Program-made: the position numbers and the translations under genes
From: Polyangiaceae bacterium
GTDB lineage: Bacteria; Myxococcota_A; Polyangia; Polyangiales; Polyangiaceae
Assembly: GCA_033763455.1 (NCBI GenBank)
Contig: JANRKO010000023.1
Span: 192,001-256,000 of the forward strand
Direction: 5' to 3'
DNA: 64,000 nucleotides
In this document: positions 9,573 through 20,908 of the stretch, one piece after another
Numbering within the stretch: the first letter of the stretch is position 1
Layout: the number at the start of each line of letters is the position of its first letter
The notes under the pieces: generated by a model
Told to the model about the DNA's origin: nothing
Databases searched by the model: none
What the model saw: only the letters and a program-made list of their open reading frames with translations

Positions 9573-10928
9573 ATGGCCCCGCAGTCTGCAGAATCCCGCG
9601 CTCAGGGTGAGCAAGAGCTCCCCTCCCACCTGCTAAAGGGTGCGTGGCGAATCGTCGAGCCTGTAGGGTACGGCGAGCTCGGTGAGGTATTCGCCGTGGA
9701 GGAGTCGGGGCCAAAGAAGCGGGCCGTCATCAAGCTCTTCTTCTCCCGCTATCTACCAGAGGCCTGGAAGAACTTCGAGCATGTGGCGCGCGCAGCCGGT
9801 GAGCTTCCCTCCGGGCTTTTTGTTCGTTCATTTCAATTTGGGTTTGAGCCTTCGGTTCAGCGCCGCTACGCGCTCTCGGAACGTGTAACGCAACCATCTT
9901 TGATGGATCTCCTTCAGACTCAGGGGAGGTTGGACACAAAGATTGTATCTGACCTCCTGTTGCGTCTGGCGTCTGGCCTCGAAATGGCTCACGCCTCCGG
10001 GCTGGTTCACCGCAACCTAAAACCTACGAACGTCTTTTTCGACCCCAACACTCGGATCGCAAAGGTAAGTGACTTTGGGACCGCAGCATTGCAATGCTCC
10101 ACGCCCGTTTACGCGGGTTGGGCAATGTCCCCTGGTTGGGCAACGCCCGAAGGCATCGATCCAAAGCAGGCCTCCGCCCCAAGCATGGACGTGTATGCCC
10201 TCGGGCTCCTCGCTTTTTACGCCCTCACGGGGCAATCTCCGTATATTAACTACAACTTACGTTCTTCAGATCGCAGAGCTCTCGCTGAAGAACTCAAGCG
10301 TCCGCTCCGCTCACTGGATACGCGAGCGCGCGAATGTGGCTGCAAATTTCCTCCCGAGCTCACTGCATGGCTAACCAAGTCTCTCGCGCTCCGCCCGGAA
10401 GACCGCTACGAAAGTGTCCTCGACCAAGCTCAAGCTTTCCAGGGGCTAGTGTCTACGGTGTTAAGAGTCTCCATGCCACCGTCGATTATCCCTCCGAGAG
10501 TTTTTGACGTTACAGATCGAGCGGTAGCGCTCGTAAGCGCACAACCCCTGGCACTCATGCCGTCGTTCCCGCCCCCTAGGCAAGAGCTCGCACCCGAACC
10601 ATTGCAACAAGAGAGCCCCAAGCCAAAGCCTCCAACGCCAGCGTCAAAAAGCTCCTCAGAAAACACTCAGGTGAACGGCAACGCTCAGTCACCGCAAGGC
10701 GTTGGGATACGCGGCCCTGGCCTCGCAACGATCCCACCTCATGCGCCTCGCGCCACGCCTGAGCTCGATAAGGCCATCGCAGAAGTTGACGATGAAGTAC
10801 CCGTTGCTTCCAGTGTGACATCGCACATGGGGGGGCCCTGGAAAACTCGGCTCATCGCCCTCGTCGGTGCTCTTATCCTCATGGCCCTCGGCGCCATCCT
10901 CTTTCTTACCTGGCGCGGGCCGGCATAG
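9573..10928 (+). CDS. Ser/Thr kinase-like protein, probable pseudokinase, with C-terminal TM
   Basis: GYGELGEV, VIK, HRNLKPTN, DFG, TPE and DVYALG motifs. Confidence 0.85.
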   Translation: MAPQSAESRAQGEQELPSHLLKGAWRIVEPVGYGELGEVFAVEESGPKKRAVIKLFFSRYLPEAWKNFEHVARAAGELPSGLFVRSFQFGFEPSVQRRYALSERVTQPSLMDLLQTQGRLDTKIVSDLLLRLASGLEMAHASGLVHRNLKPTNVFFDPNTRIAKVSDFGTAALQCSTPVYAGWAMSPGWATPEGIDPKQASAPSMDVYALGLLAFYALTGQSPYINYNLRSSDRRALAEELKRPLRSLDTRARECGCKFPPELTAWLTKSLALRPEDRYESVLDQAQAFQGLVSTVLRVSMPPSIIPPRVFDVTDRAVALVSAQPLALMPSFPPPRQELAPEPLQQESPKPKPPTPASKSSSENTQVNGNAQSPQGVGIRGPGLATIPPHAPRATPELDKAIAEVDDEVPVASSVTSHMGGPWKTRLIALVGALILMALGAILFLTWRGPA

Positions 10929-10947
10929 GCCACACCCAAGGCCATGG

Positions 10948-11927
10948 CTACTTTTGCCAACGCTCACGCAAGTAGGGCAATAAGGTATCGCCGAGAGCAT
11001 GCAGTTGATCCGCGTGGGCCTTCTTGTCGTTGCCTGAAAAGCCCAGCACGTGAAATGCTCCGGAATCTGCTTGAGAAGTGAGGCGCATCTCCGGACGCGG
11101 CCCGGGAATATCCTCTGCCATGGCCTCCATTCCGGCCCTCTCCAGCAAATATCGGGAGGTTTCCGTCGTGCTGCCGTAGTCGATCGTAGCGATGGAGGTG
11201 TGTGTCATCGCGAACAGCTTCTGCCCCTGCCTCGCGAGCTCCGCGAAGGTCGAAAATGGCTCAAGCTTCATCGGATCGAGGTTCCGCTCGCGTTTTGGGC
11301 CCACGAAGCCGGCATGTAGGCCATCAGCCAACAACACGGCATCAATGAGAGTGTCGTACCCGCTTCGTTCGATGATGCGCCAAACAGCACCATAGCCCGC
11401 GCTCCACGCACTCAAGGCGACACGCTTTGGTTCACGCGCTTGGGGACACAATTTCGTAACCGTGTGGCTAACCTCTGACACAAACGCGCCAAAGGAGCCG
11501 GGCGCAGCAAAAGCCTGCTCATAAACGCCAGAACCAATACCCAAGTTAACTATTGCTAGCGCTGAATCTAAACCGGAGTGCTCTAGCGCAGATTCCAAGG
11601 CTACTGGGGCGCCATGAAAGTGAATGACCAGATCGTAGGAACCGGCTACGGCGACACACCCCGTCGGCAGGCTCACGACGCGCCCATGCTGAACTATACG
11701 ACGTGGCTCGGCTTCGCCCGGCAAAATCTCGCGGGCGGGGAGAAGCCGAGGGGGCACCACCACGCGGGCAGCTGCGTGCACCAAAGCACTTGCGCGCCGA
11801 ACCGTGACCACATCATCGCGGCCCGCCAAGAGCATAAGCGCGGCCACAAGGCCGGAAGCAACTACGGCAAATGCCCACTTCATTCGCCCGGCAGCCTGCC
11901 ACGCTCTGGCCTGGGTGCCTATCCCCA

Positions 11928-11928
<1 letters not shown>
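10948..11928 (-). CDS. Membrane-anchored alpha/beta-hydrolase-like protein
   Basis: VIHFHG, nucleophile-elbow-like SAWSAGY and LLADGLH. ATG 11928 overlaps the kinase stop (TGATG). Confidence 0.65.
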
Positions 11929-13244
<1,316 letters not shown>

Positions 13245-13395
13245 TGGTCAGAACGGCGTTGTTCGCCAACACCGTAGCCCAGAAGCATAGCCCGCCCTTG
13301 AGGGTGCACGCAGCTGCGAAGGGCCGTGTGGCCCCCTAAGTGGCTCGCCCCTAGCCAAATAGGTGAGATACCCAACGACTGAGTGTTAGGTGGTA

Positions 13396-14139
13396 TTACT
13401 TGGGAGTCGCTAAAGCACGGAGGCGTTCGTCGCGCTCTAAGTACTGCTTGGAGAAGACTATCAGCGGAGCGTTCTTGGCGGCGCTCACGATAGCCTCAAA
13501 TCCTGCCAACTCCCCCGCAGTAATAGCACAGTGGCTCCGAGGCACGCTTCGACCGTCGACGGCAGGAACCTGCCACGAGGCAACGACCGTGTGGGCGCCC
13601 AGGTCCGCGCAGGAAATGGGATTGGGCGGAGTTATCGTGTACTCCTGCGCCTCTCGCACTTGATCCCAATAACGTAGCTGAAGCGTGTACTTGCCGCTGA
13701 CAGCTCGGCTTGCCGAACACCAGCGCTCATCTGATTTCGCCGGAGGGACGGGCTCTTCACAGAGAATGCCCGAAGAAGCAGCTGCAATGTTGGCCTTGTG
13801 GGCCTGCACGAATTGCTTGAGCACCGTGACGAGCTGTTGAGTCTCTGTTTTGGCTTGCTGCACCTCGTTGGCTCGCGCTTTACTCGCCGCCTCGCCACCC
13901 ACAATATCTCTATCGAGTGCGCCGAGCTCTGCTCCATCTTGGCACTGAGAATAGGCGTACGTGCGCCACTTTCGAGCTAGTTCAAAATCCTGCGCCGCAA
14001 GGGCCTGACGAGCCACCTTGAGGCTTTCTTGGCACTTCTCTGCGTTCTTGGGGTTGCACGCAGCCGGGGCCAACGAGAGTGGCGCAGCGCATGCTAAGAT
14101 GGAAACCCGACGGCTCAAGCGTATCGCACCCTTCATCAC
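13396..14139 (-). CDS. Hypothetical Cys-containing lipoprotein
   Basis: Lipobox-like LAPAAC; long open frame. Confidence 0.6.
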   Translation of the reverse strand: MMKGAIRLSRRVSILACAAPLSLAPAACNPKNAEKCQESLKVARQALAAQDFELARKWRTYAYSQCQDGAELGALDRDIVGGEAASKARANEVQQAKTETQQLVTVLKQFVQAHKANIAAASSGILCEEPVPPAKSDERWCSASRAVSGKYTLQLRYWDQVREAQEYTITPPNPISCADLGAHTVVASWQVPAVDGRSVPRSHCAITAGELAGFEAIVSAAKNAPLIVFSKQYLERDERLRALATPK

Positions 14140-14270
14140 TCTGTCGGTCTAACGAAACCCTGCCCGAGTAGCAAGGTGGTCAAGCAAAACGAACGACTTC
14201 TGGCCGGCCTCGACACTTAAAACTTTTGGGAGCCGGGCGTTTTGGTTGTTGGCTAAACTGAAAGGCTGCT

Positions 14271-14615
14271 GTGGAACGTCGCAACGCAACTCGCCATGAT
14301 CTTTGGATTCCCGTAACGGTAGATGGGCTGCGCGAAGGCATCGCCGTGACGCACAACGCGAGCGAAAATGGTTTGCTTATCGTTGCTGCGAGCCAGGCTA
14401 AGATCGGCGAACGCATGACCATCACCTTGCGCAACGTGCCGGGCCTGAAGCCGAACCCACTTACGATAAGCGGGCGGGTGGTTCGAAGCGGGCCGAACTC
14501 GGATGATCCCGAAGGGATGTGGCCGTTTGCGATGGCAGTGGAACTTGACACCAATTTGCCGGATTTGCTCACTCTAGTCCAATCGGTGACGGCCGCGAGC
14601 GGCGAGTCCACCTAG
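14271..14615 (+). CDS. PilZ domain protein
   Basis: ERRNATR (RxxxR) and NASENG (D/NxSxxG), followed by GRVVR. Confidence 0.85.
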   Translation: MERRNATRHDLWIPVTVDGLREGIAVTHNASENGLLIVAASQAKIGERMTITLRNVPGLKPNPLTISGRVVRSGPNSDDPEGMWPFAMAVELDTNLPDLLTLVQSVTAASGEST

Positions 14616-14730
14616 GTTAAGTTCGCGAACTTCTCGCCTAGTCCGGTCCGGGGTGAACAGAAAGCCTTGTATCGGCGTCGGGTGCGAAGATAGCCTGGCG
14701 ACCCAATTTGGGACCGCGAAGGGCTACGTT

Positions 14731-15090
14731 ATGACCAATCACAGGCTACTCCTTGGCGTCGGATTCGGCGTCCTCTTTCTGGCTTCCGCTTGCGCCTCTT
14801 TGCCACCACCTCAGGCCCAGCTCACTCAGTCCAAGAGTGCGTTGAGCGCTGCAGAAGCCGTAGGTGCTAGTAGCGTTCCACGCGCCGCCCTGCACCTTAA
14901 GATGTCCAAAGATCAGATCCAAACAGCCGAAGCGCTGATCGCAGACGGAGAGATGAACCAAGCTGAGTTAGTCCTGCGAAGGGCCGAAGCTGACGCAGAG
15001 CTTGCACTCTTTTTAGCTCGAGACGCGAGCACCCAAGCCCAGGCCATTGAGGCCAAAAAGAAGCTCGAAAAGCTCAAGAGCGAGCAATGA
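14731..15090 (+). CDS. DUF4398 lipoprotein
   Basis: Lipobox LASAC; AELVLRRAEADAELA. Overlaps the OmpA-family gene start (ATGA). Confidence 0.8.
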   Translation: MTNHRLLLGVGFGVLFLASACASLPPPQAQLTQSKSALSAAEAVGASSVPRAALHLKMSKDQIQTAEALIADGEMNQAELVLRRAEADAELALFLARDASTQAQAIEAKKKLEKLKSEQ

Positions 15091-16124
15091 ACCTAAGGCG
15101 TATCTCTATGAAATCAGCTCAAAGTTCCAATCTTAAGGCTTCCTTCCTCGTCGCCTCGCTCGCGGCGCTTCTACCCGCCTGTGGAGCTGCGGCTCCGAGC
15201 CAGGAACTCATGGACGCACGTCGTGCTTACGATGAGGCTCGACAGAGCACAGCGGCCACGCTCGTCCCCGATCAACTGCTCAATGCGCGCCAGGCGCTGG
15301 AGCAGGCAGAACGGGCGCACGACGATGATCCACAATCTTTCAACGAAAAGAGCCTCGCCTATATCGCCAACAGAAAAGCTGCCCTTTCGATGGCGAAAGC
15401 CAGCATGGTGGCGGCCCAACGGGAGGCCCAAGAGCTCGATGAAGCGTACAAGGAACTACAAGATAAGCTGCGCGCGTCCGCCCAGAAACACGCCGCCGAC
15501 ACTGAACTCACCCTGAGGGAGAAGCAGGAAGCTTTGAAGCGCGCGAACGAAGAGCTGGCCGACAAAGGTAGCAAGCTCTCCGATGCTGCGAAGGCGCTAG
15601 CCGCGCAGGAGGCGGAACTCAAGAAACGCCAGGCCGAGCTTGAGGCTAAGAGCACTCAACTGGCCACCACCGCATCCGAGTTGGAGCGCGAAAAAGCTGC
15701 TCGGCTCGAAGCTGAAAAGCGCGCTGCTGAAGCGCTGGCGAGCCTTAAGGAAATTGCCAAGATCAAAGAAGAAAAGCGCGGCATGGTGATAACGCTAGAA
15801 GGCGCTGTTCTATTCACCACCGGCAAAGCCACGCTGATCCCGATTGCACGCACCAAATTGGGGCAGGTGGCAGCCGTGCTCAAGCAACAGGAAGACAAGA
15901 AGCGCATCACCGTAGAGGGGCATACCGATTCGGTCGGCTCAGACCAAAACAACCAGCGCCTTTCCCAAGAGCGGGCGGATAGTGTCCGAGAGTTCCTTGT
16001 TTCTCAGGGCATCGATCCACAGAAGATCACCGCTATCGGCAAAGGGGAGGCCGAGCCCGTTGCCGAGAATACTACGCCCGAAGGGCGCGCTAACAATCGA
16101 CGCGTTGAGATCATTATCAACTGA
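15087..16124 (+). CDS. OmpA-family lipoprotein (DUF4398 + coiled coil + OmpA_C)
   Basis: LLPAC lipobox; VEGHTDSVGS...NQRLSQERADSV...GRANNRRVEI. Confidence 0.92.
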   Translation: MNLRRISMKSAQSSNLKASFLVASLAALLPACGAAAPSQELMDARRAYDEARQSTAATLVPDQLLNARQALEQAERAHDDDPQSFNEKSLAYIANRKAALSMAKASMVAAQREAQELDEAYKELQDKLRASAQKHAADTELTLREKQEALKRANEELADKGSKLSDAAKALAAQEAELKKRQAELEAKSTQLATTASELEREKAARLEAEKRAAEALASLKEIAKIKEEKRGMVITLEGAVLFTTGKATLIPIARTKLGQVAAVLKQQEDKKRITVEGHTDSVGSDQNNQRLSQERADSVREFLVSQGIDPQKITAIGKGEAEPVAENTTPEGRANNRRVEIIIN

Positions 16125-16154
16125 GCCTTGGCTTGCACATAGAAGCGAATTTCC

Positions 16155-16979
16155 ATGCAGGCACAACCCGTAGCTACTGAGCAAGAGCCAGCTGTGAGCA
16201 ACATTCTCCCCGAAGAGGGCAGCGGCGGCATTTCCGAAATCCTCCGCACTCCGCTCAGCATCTGGCTTTGGTTAGAGATCGCGGTGGTCTCAATCTTGGC
16301 GTTCCTGTTTTCGTCGCTGGCGCTTGTCTTGTTCTATCCCTTCGACCGTCGTCGGATCATCGCTGGACACATTGTGCGCTTGGGTTCAGTTTCTGCCGTT
16401 AAGCTGAACCCCATGTGGAAATTCGATGTGCGAGGCCAGCTGCCACGCCCATTGCCAAAAAAGACAGTGTTTGTTAGCAATCATTGTTCCCATACCGATC
16501 CGTTTCTCATTGCCCACTTGCCCGTGGCTATGCGTTGGCTCGCGAAAGCCAGCTTGTTCAAGATCCCATTTCTCGGCTGGGCGATGCGAATAGCGGGCGA
16601 CATTGCCGTGAAACGGGGGGATGCGAACAGCGCTCGGGAAGCGATGAAAAAATGCGCCGATTGGCTGGATCAGGGCGTGTCGGTGGTGATTTTTCCGGAA
16701 GGCACCCGTTCCAAGACGGCAGAGCTGCTTCCGTTCAAAAATGGCGCCTTCCGGCTGGCCATCGAAACTGGCGCCGACATTCTGCCACTCGCGGTTGCAG
16801 GCACCCACACGGCGCTCCGCAAACATGACTGGAAGGCCGGGTATTCGCACGGACACCTGAACATCGGACAGCCCATTTCGACCCAAGGCATGACGCTTGA
16901 GGATGTGCCGGTCCTTCGCGAACGGGTGCGGGCCGAGATAGTCAGGCTACGGGCCGAACTCGGCGCCTTGTCATCCTGA
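16155..16979 (+). CDS. plsC: 1-acyl-sn-glycerol-3-phosphate acyltransferase (PlsC family)
   Basis: NHCSHTD (HX4D), FPEGTRS and FKNGAFRLA. Confidence 0.85.
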   Translation: MQAQPVATEQEPAVSNILPEEGSGGISEILRTPLSIWLWLEIAVVSILAFLFSSLALVLFYPFDRRRIIAGHIVRLGSVSAVKLNPMWKFDVRGQLPRPLPKKTVFVSNHCSHTDPFLIAHLPVAMRWLAKASLFKIPFLGWAMRIAGDIAVKRGDANSAREAMKKCADWLDQGVSVVIFPEGTRSKTAELLPFKNGAFRLAIETGADILPLAVAGTHTALRKHDWKAGYSHGHLNIGQPISTQGMTLEDVPVLRERVRAEIVRLRAELGALSS

Positions 16980-17128
16980 CGGTCCCTTCACCTCGGCTTT
17001 TTTGGCTTTTCCTGGAAGGTCCTTAGGGGCAGCAGGGGCTAAGTAAGTACTGCCCGGCCCTTTACCGGGCCTTGTGCTGTGTCGCTGGTATCAGAGAAGG
17101 CTCGGTTCAGCCTTTTCCACTGGCGCTC

Positions 17129-18589
17129 ATGAGATCCTATCGTATTGCCACCTTGCTCGGAATTTCGCTTGTTGCGACGAGCACAGCTGCGGCAGCGGAC
17201 GGACCCACATCTGCTGAGGTCGGCGACAGTTGGTTTGCGCTTCCGGCAATCCATCGCGTGCCTGTAATGGCATTGTCAGAGCCCCGGCTCGGCGTTTCAT
17301 TCACCGGAGGCTACGCTGCAACATTTGCGCAAGACGGCAATCACCACCGCCTTATTGCTCTGCCAGCGATCGGATGGGTTGTGCAACCTTGGCTTGAGCT
17401 CGGGATCCAAGCAGATAGTCGCTACGATATGCACCCTGGTGGGGATGTTGGCATGATTGCCGATCCCAGAGTGGTGGCAAAGCTCGGCACCGAAGCCGCC
17501 GAGAACGTGCAAGTGGGTGTTCAATTGGGCGGTTGGTTCCCCGGCACAGAGAAGCCAGCGGATACGTTGCAGGCCGCTTCGCCGGAAGCTTCATTTTTCG
17601 GCGCCTTCACAAACACTCACCTCACCCTGGCAGCCTTCTCAGGTTATCGTCTTGACCAAAGCAAGAAGGCCGGACGCAATGCAGCGCGGCTCAGCCAAGG
17701 AGACCGCTTGGCCCTAGGCTTGAGCGAATTCAACGAAGTTCTAGCAGGCATTGGCGGCGGGTATCGGAGTGGCCCACTCGTATTTCTAGGCGAAGTGAGC
17801 GCAGAGCTCCCCATCGGCAGTGGCGCTCCAAGCCCCACGCAGGCTCCCCTTCGAGCATCAGCAGGAGTTCGCTATTTTGCCTCGGCTCAACTCCAGCTGG
17901 AGGGCATGCTGGAGGCTTCTCTGAGTTCGCCGCCTGCGGTAGGGCCCAACGAACCTTTGGTGGCCATTGAGCCCCGAATAGGAGCGCTGCTCGGCATCCG
18001 CTATCGGTTTGTTCCCGACGCTCCCCTGGTAGTCGAAAAGTCCGCACCGCCCAGACCAAAACCAGTAGCGAAGCCCAAACCTGTGCCAAAGATTGCGCCA
18101 AAGACGGACCTCACGCTGCTCGTTCGCGGCCGAGACGGCCAGCTCCTCACCGATGCGCACCTTGAGCTCGTTACTGCTACTGGAACGGAAACCCCCGTCC
18201 TCGACGAACAGGGCGCCTTCCAACTTAAAGATCTCGCCCTCGGACGCGCAACCTTGAAGGTAACCGCCTCTGGCTACCTTCCGATTAAAAAGGAAATCGT
18301 GCTTACCAAGGAACCAGCGCGCATCGAGCTGAATCTTGAGATCTCACTCGCTGGTCAAGTTCGCGGCCTGGTGCGCTCCTTCGGAGGAACGGCTGTGAGT
18401 GCGAAGATCCGCATCCAACCTGGAGACCTGGAAACAACTACCGACGCGGAGGGTTTCTTCGAGTTGGACGTGGCCCCTGGTACGTACCAAGTGAGCATTG
18501 AAGCGAACGGTTTCGTGACACAACAGCGTAAAGTTGAGGTCGAGAAGAACGGCGTGGTCGTACTCAACGCTGATCTCGTGAAGAAGTGA
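17129..18589 (+). CDS. Exported protein: putative beta-barrel N-region, Pro/Lys linker, two carboxypeptidase-regulatory-like domains
   Basis: Signal peptide; alternating beta-strands ending GIRYRF; TTTDAEGFFELDVAPGTYQVSIEANGF. Confidence 0.7.
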   Translation: MRSYRIATLLGISLVATSTAAAADGPTSAEVGDSWFALPAIHRVPVMALSEPRLGVSFTGGYAATFAQDGNHHRLIALPAIGWVVQPWLELGIQADSRYDMHPGGDVGMIADPRVVAKLGTEAAENVQVGVQLGGWFPGTEKPADTLQAASPEASFFGAFTNTHLTLAAFSGYRLDQSKKAGRNAARLSQGDRLALGLSEFNEVLAGIGGGYRSGPLVFLGEVSAELPIGSGAPSPTQAPLRASAGVRYFASAQLQLEGMLEASLSSPPAVGPNEPLVAIEPRIGALLGIRYRFVPDAPLVVEKSAPPRPKPVAKPKPVPKIAPKTDLTLLVRGRDGQLLTDAHLELVTATGTETPVLDEQGAFQLKDLALGRATLKVTASGYLPIKKEIVLTKEPARIELNLEISLAGQVRGLVRSFGGTAVSAKIRIQPGDLETTTDAEGFFELDVAPGTYQVSIEANGFVTQQRKVEVEKNGVVVLNADLVKK

Positions 18590-18853
18590 GTTCGTGCACC
18601 GTCGGCCCAGCAACCGAATGAGCGGACATCTCTCGCCACACGAGTAGTCCAACGTGTCACACTCGTACTCACCCTCGGATGGCATCCGTACGGCATCCGT
18701 AACGTCGGCCCTGTGGCCCCTCACGCGCCAGACGTCAGCATCACGACATATTGAAGCTCAGGGAGCCAACGGCTTTTTGGCGTGCGCCTCTACGATGCTT
18801 AGAAAGAGTGAGCTACTATTAGGGATTAGGCAGAAGTCCGACCGCCGCTGACC

Positions 18854-20908
18854 ATGCTCGTTCCCTCCAAAGCTCGCTCTTCCCCACGCCACAGGGCGCA
18901 GCCTGAGCTCGGATTAACCATGACATCGGGATTGCCAAAAGGCGGCCGGTGCAAGCCGCGCGTGCCGCAACAGGGCTCACTTCGTCTCTTGAAACTGCTG
19001 CTGCTCTTGCTGCTCGCAGCGACCTCGGCACTGGGATGCGCTAGCGGTTGCGATAAACCGCTGGCCATCCTCAAAGAATCCGAAGGGCACGTTGATCGCG
19101 ATTTTTCCAAGAGCCTCAATGTGTGGGAACGGGCCGAGCTCGGCGCACATTTTAGAGTGGGGGACGGTGTTAAAACGGGCAGTAAATCCGGCGCGTTGTT
19201 AACTCTGGACGATGGCAGCGAGGCGGGCCTCAAAAGCAACACCCTGGTGCGTTTCCTGGAAACGCCGCCAAAGTCTTCTCAACAGGGCTTAGATGTTGTC
19301 ACCGGCGAAGCCACTCTCAGCGTGGGCTCCACAGATCTAGGGCTGCTCACGAATGTTGGCTTGGCGCTGCTTCGTGCGGGCTCGAAAATCACACTGCGCC
19401 GCGCGGATCAAGCCGTGCGTTTTGAGGTCAACGTGGGCTCGGCTCGCTTCGAAACCAAGACCGGACCACTTGATGTCAAAGCCGGGCAAGGGGTCGAAAT
19501 CGGCATCGGTCAGGCTGTACTGGAAAGATTTGACTTGAACAAAGAAGCCGCGCCGGCTGCCACAGAGGCGGCTGCGAAGGCCGAAGTTGCTCAAGCGGAT
19601 GCCCCCGAAACCGGAGAAATTGGCCTGAATGTCGATGGCGCGGGTGCTCGCTTAAAGGAGCCGGGAGCAAAGGATTGGACTGCGCTGAAACCTGGCGCTC
19701 ACGCACTTTCGGCGGGGTCAACGCTGAGTCTGCCCCGCGGCACCTCAGCCACGGTGACCCGAGGCAATCGCCAAGTCGTGCTACGCGGCCAAGGGCAATT
19801 CGTAGTGGCAAGCACCGGTTCCGCGTTCATTCAGACAGAAAGCGGGGGCATTTCAGTGGCAGCCACCAGCGGGGCTGTTTCCATCACTGTTCCTGGAGGC
19901 ACCATCACGACCCTCCTTGGTGGGCTATCCGATCTGCAGGTAAAGCGTGACGCCACAGCCGTAAGCGTCCGTGTGGGCGAAGTCGAGATCAAGACGGAAA
20001 AGGGCGTGGAGACACTGCGTGGAGGCGAAACTGCCAAACTCTCCAGCGCCGGCGCGGTGGACGTCGGCGGGCGCGGCCCCGGATATGCCGACATTCTTCT
20101 CGCCGCAGGTGATTCCATCGCCGTGCATGACCCCTCCCCGCCCACCTCGGTCGGGATCCGCTTCGGAGATCGCTGCAAGCAGGGCGGTGTAGTGCAGCTG
20201 ATGCGCAGCAGCACCGAGGTGGCAACGAGCTCCCGAAGCGAGACTGGCATCGCGAATATCTTGATTCCGGTCGGCCTCCACACTTATCGGCTAAGGTGCC
20301 TCGGCCCCAACGGACTGGAAGAAAAGCCTGTGGCCACGGGTCGGGTATCCGTGCGCCGCGATTCGGGCACGAGCCAACTACCCTCTAGTGCACCCCGCAC
20401 CCAAGTGGAAACGGATGGCAGAAAATATACCGTGCTCTACCAGAATCTATTGCCGCAAATTGCCGTGCGCTGGAAGGACGCGCCTGCGGCAAGCAGTTAC
20501 AAGCTAACTATAAAATCCAATGGTAAAACCGAGAACCTGAGCGCTAGAACGCCCAACTATTTCTTCCCCTCCGCCTCATTGCCCGAGGGGACGCACCAGA
20601 TGGTCTTCGAAGCGGGCATTCGTCGTTCTCGCCCCACCACCGTCACCATTAGCTTCGACAACGCTGCCCCCACGGCTCGTATTGCTTCGCCCCAAGATCG
20701 AAGCTTCGCACCAGGGGCCAGCGTCACCGTTTCAGGAGTCGCCCTGCCGGGTTGGACGGTGGCGGTCGGGGGCCAAGAAATACCCATGGACGCGCAGAAT
20801 CGCTTCTCGGGTACGGTGACGACCCCAAGTGAGCTCAAGGCCTTTGCCATACGTTTTGCTCACCCTTCGCGTGGCGTACGCTTCTACCTCAGGAGAGCCG
20901 CCCAGTGA
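18854..20908 (+). CDS. FecR-domain protein (apparently two FecR-like repeats plus Ig-like domains)
   Basis: GDGVKTGSKSGALLTLDDGSEAGLKSNT and VSVRVGEVEI. Hydrophobic leader followed by Cys; start codon uncertain. Confidence 0.75.
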   Translation: MLVPSKARSSPRHRAQPELGLTMTSGLPKGGRCKPRVPQQGSLRLLKLLLLLLLAATSALGCASGCDKPLAILKESEGHVDRDFSKSLNVWERAELGAHFRVGDGVKTGSKSGALLTLDDGSEAGLKSNTLVRFLETPPKSSQQGLDVVTGEATLSVGSTDLGLLTNVGLALLRAGSKITLRRADQAVRFEVNVGSARFETKTGPLDVKAGQGVEIGIGQAVLERFDLNKEAAPAATEAAAKAEVAQADAPETGEIGLNVDGAGARLKEPGAKDWTALKPGAHALSAGSTLSLPRGTSATVTRGNRQVVLRGQGQFVVASTGSAFIQTESGGISVAATSGAVSITVPGGTITTLLGGLSDLQVKRDATAVSVRVGEVEIKTEKGVETLRGGETAKLSSAGAVDVGGRGPGYADILLAAGDSIAVHDPSPPTSVGIRFGDRCKQGGVVQLMRSSTEVATSSRSETGIANILIPVGLHTYRLRCLGPNGLEEKPVATGRVSVRRDSGTSQLPSSAPRTQVETDGRKYTVLYQNLLPQIAVRWKDAPAASSYKLTIKSNGKTENLSARTPNYFFPSASLPEGTHQMVFEAGIRRSRPTTVTISFDNAAPTARIASPQDRSFAPGASVTVSGVALPGWTVAVGGQEIPMDAQNRFSGTVTTPSELKAFAIRFAHPSRGVRFYLRRAAQ

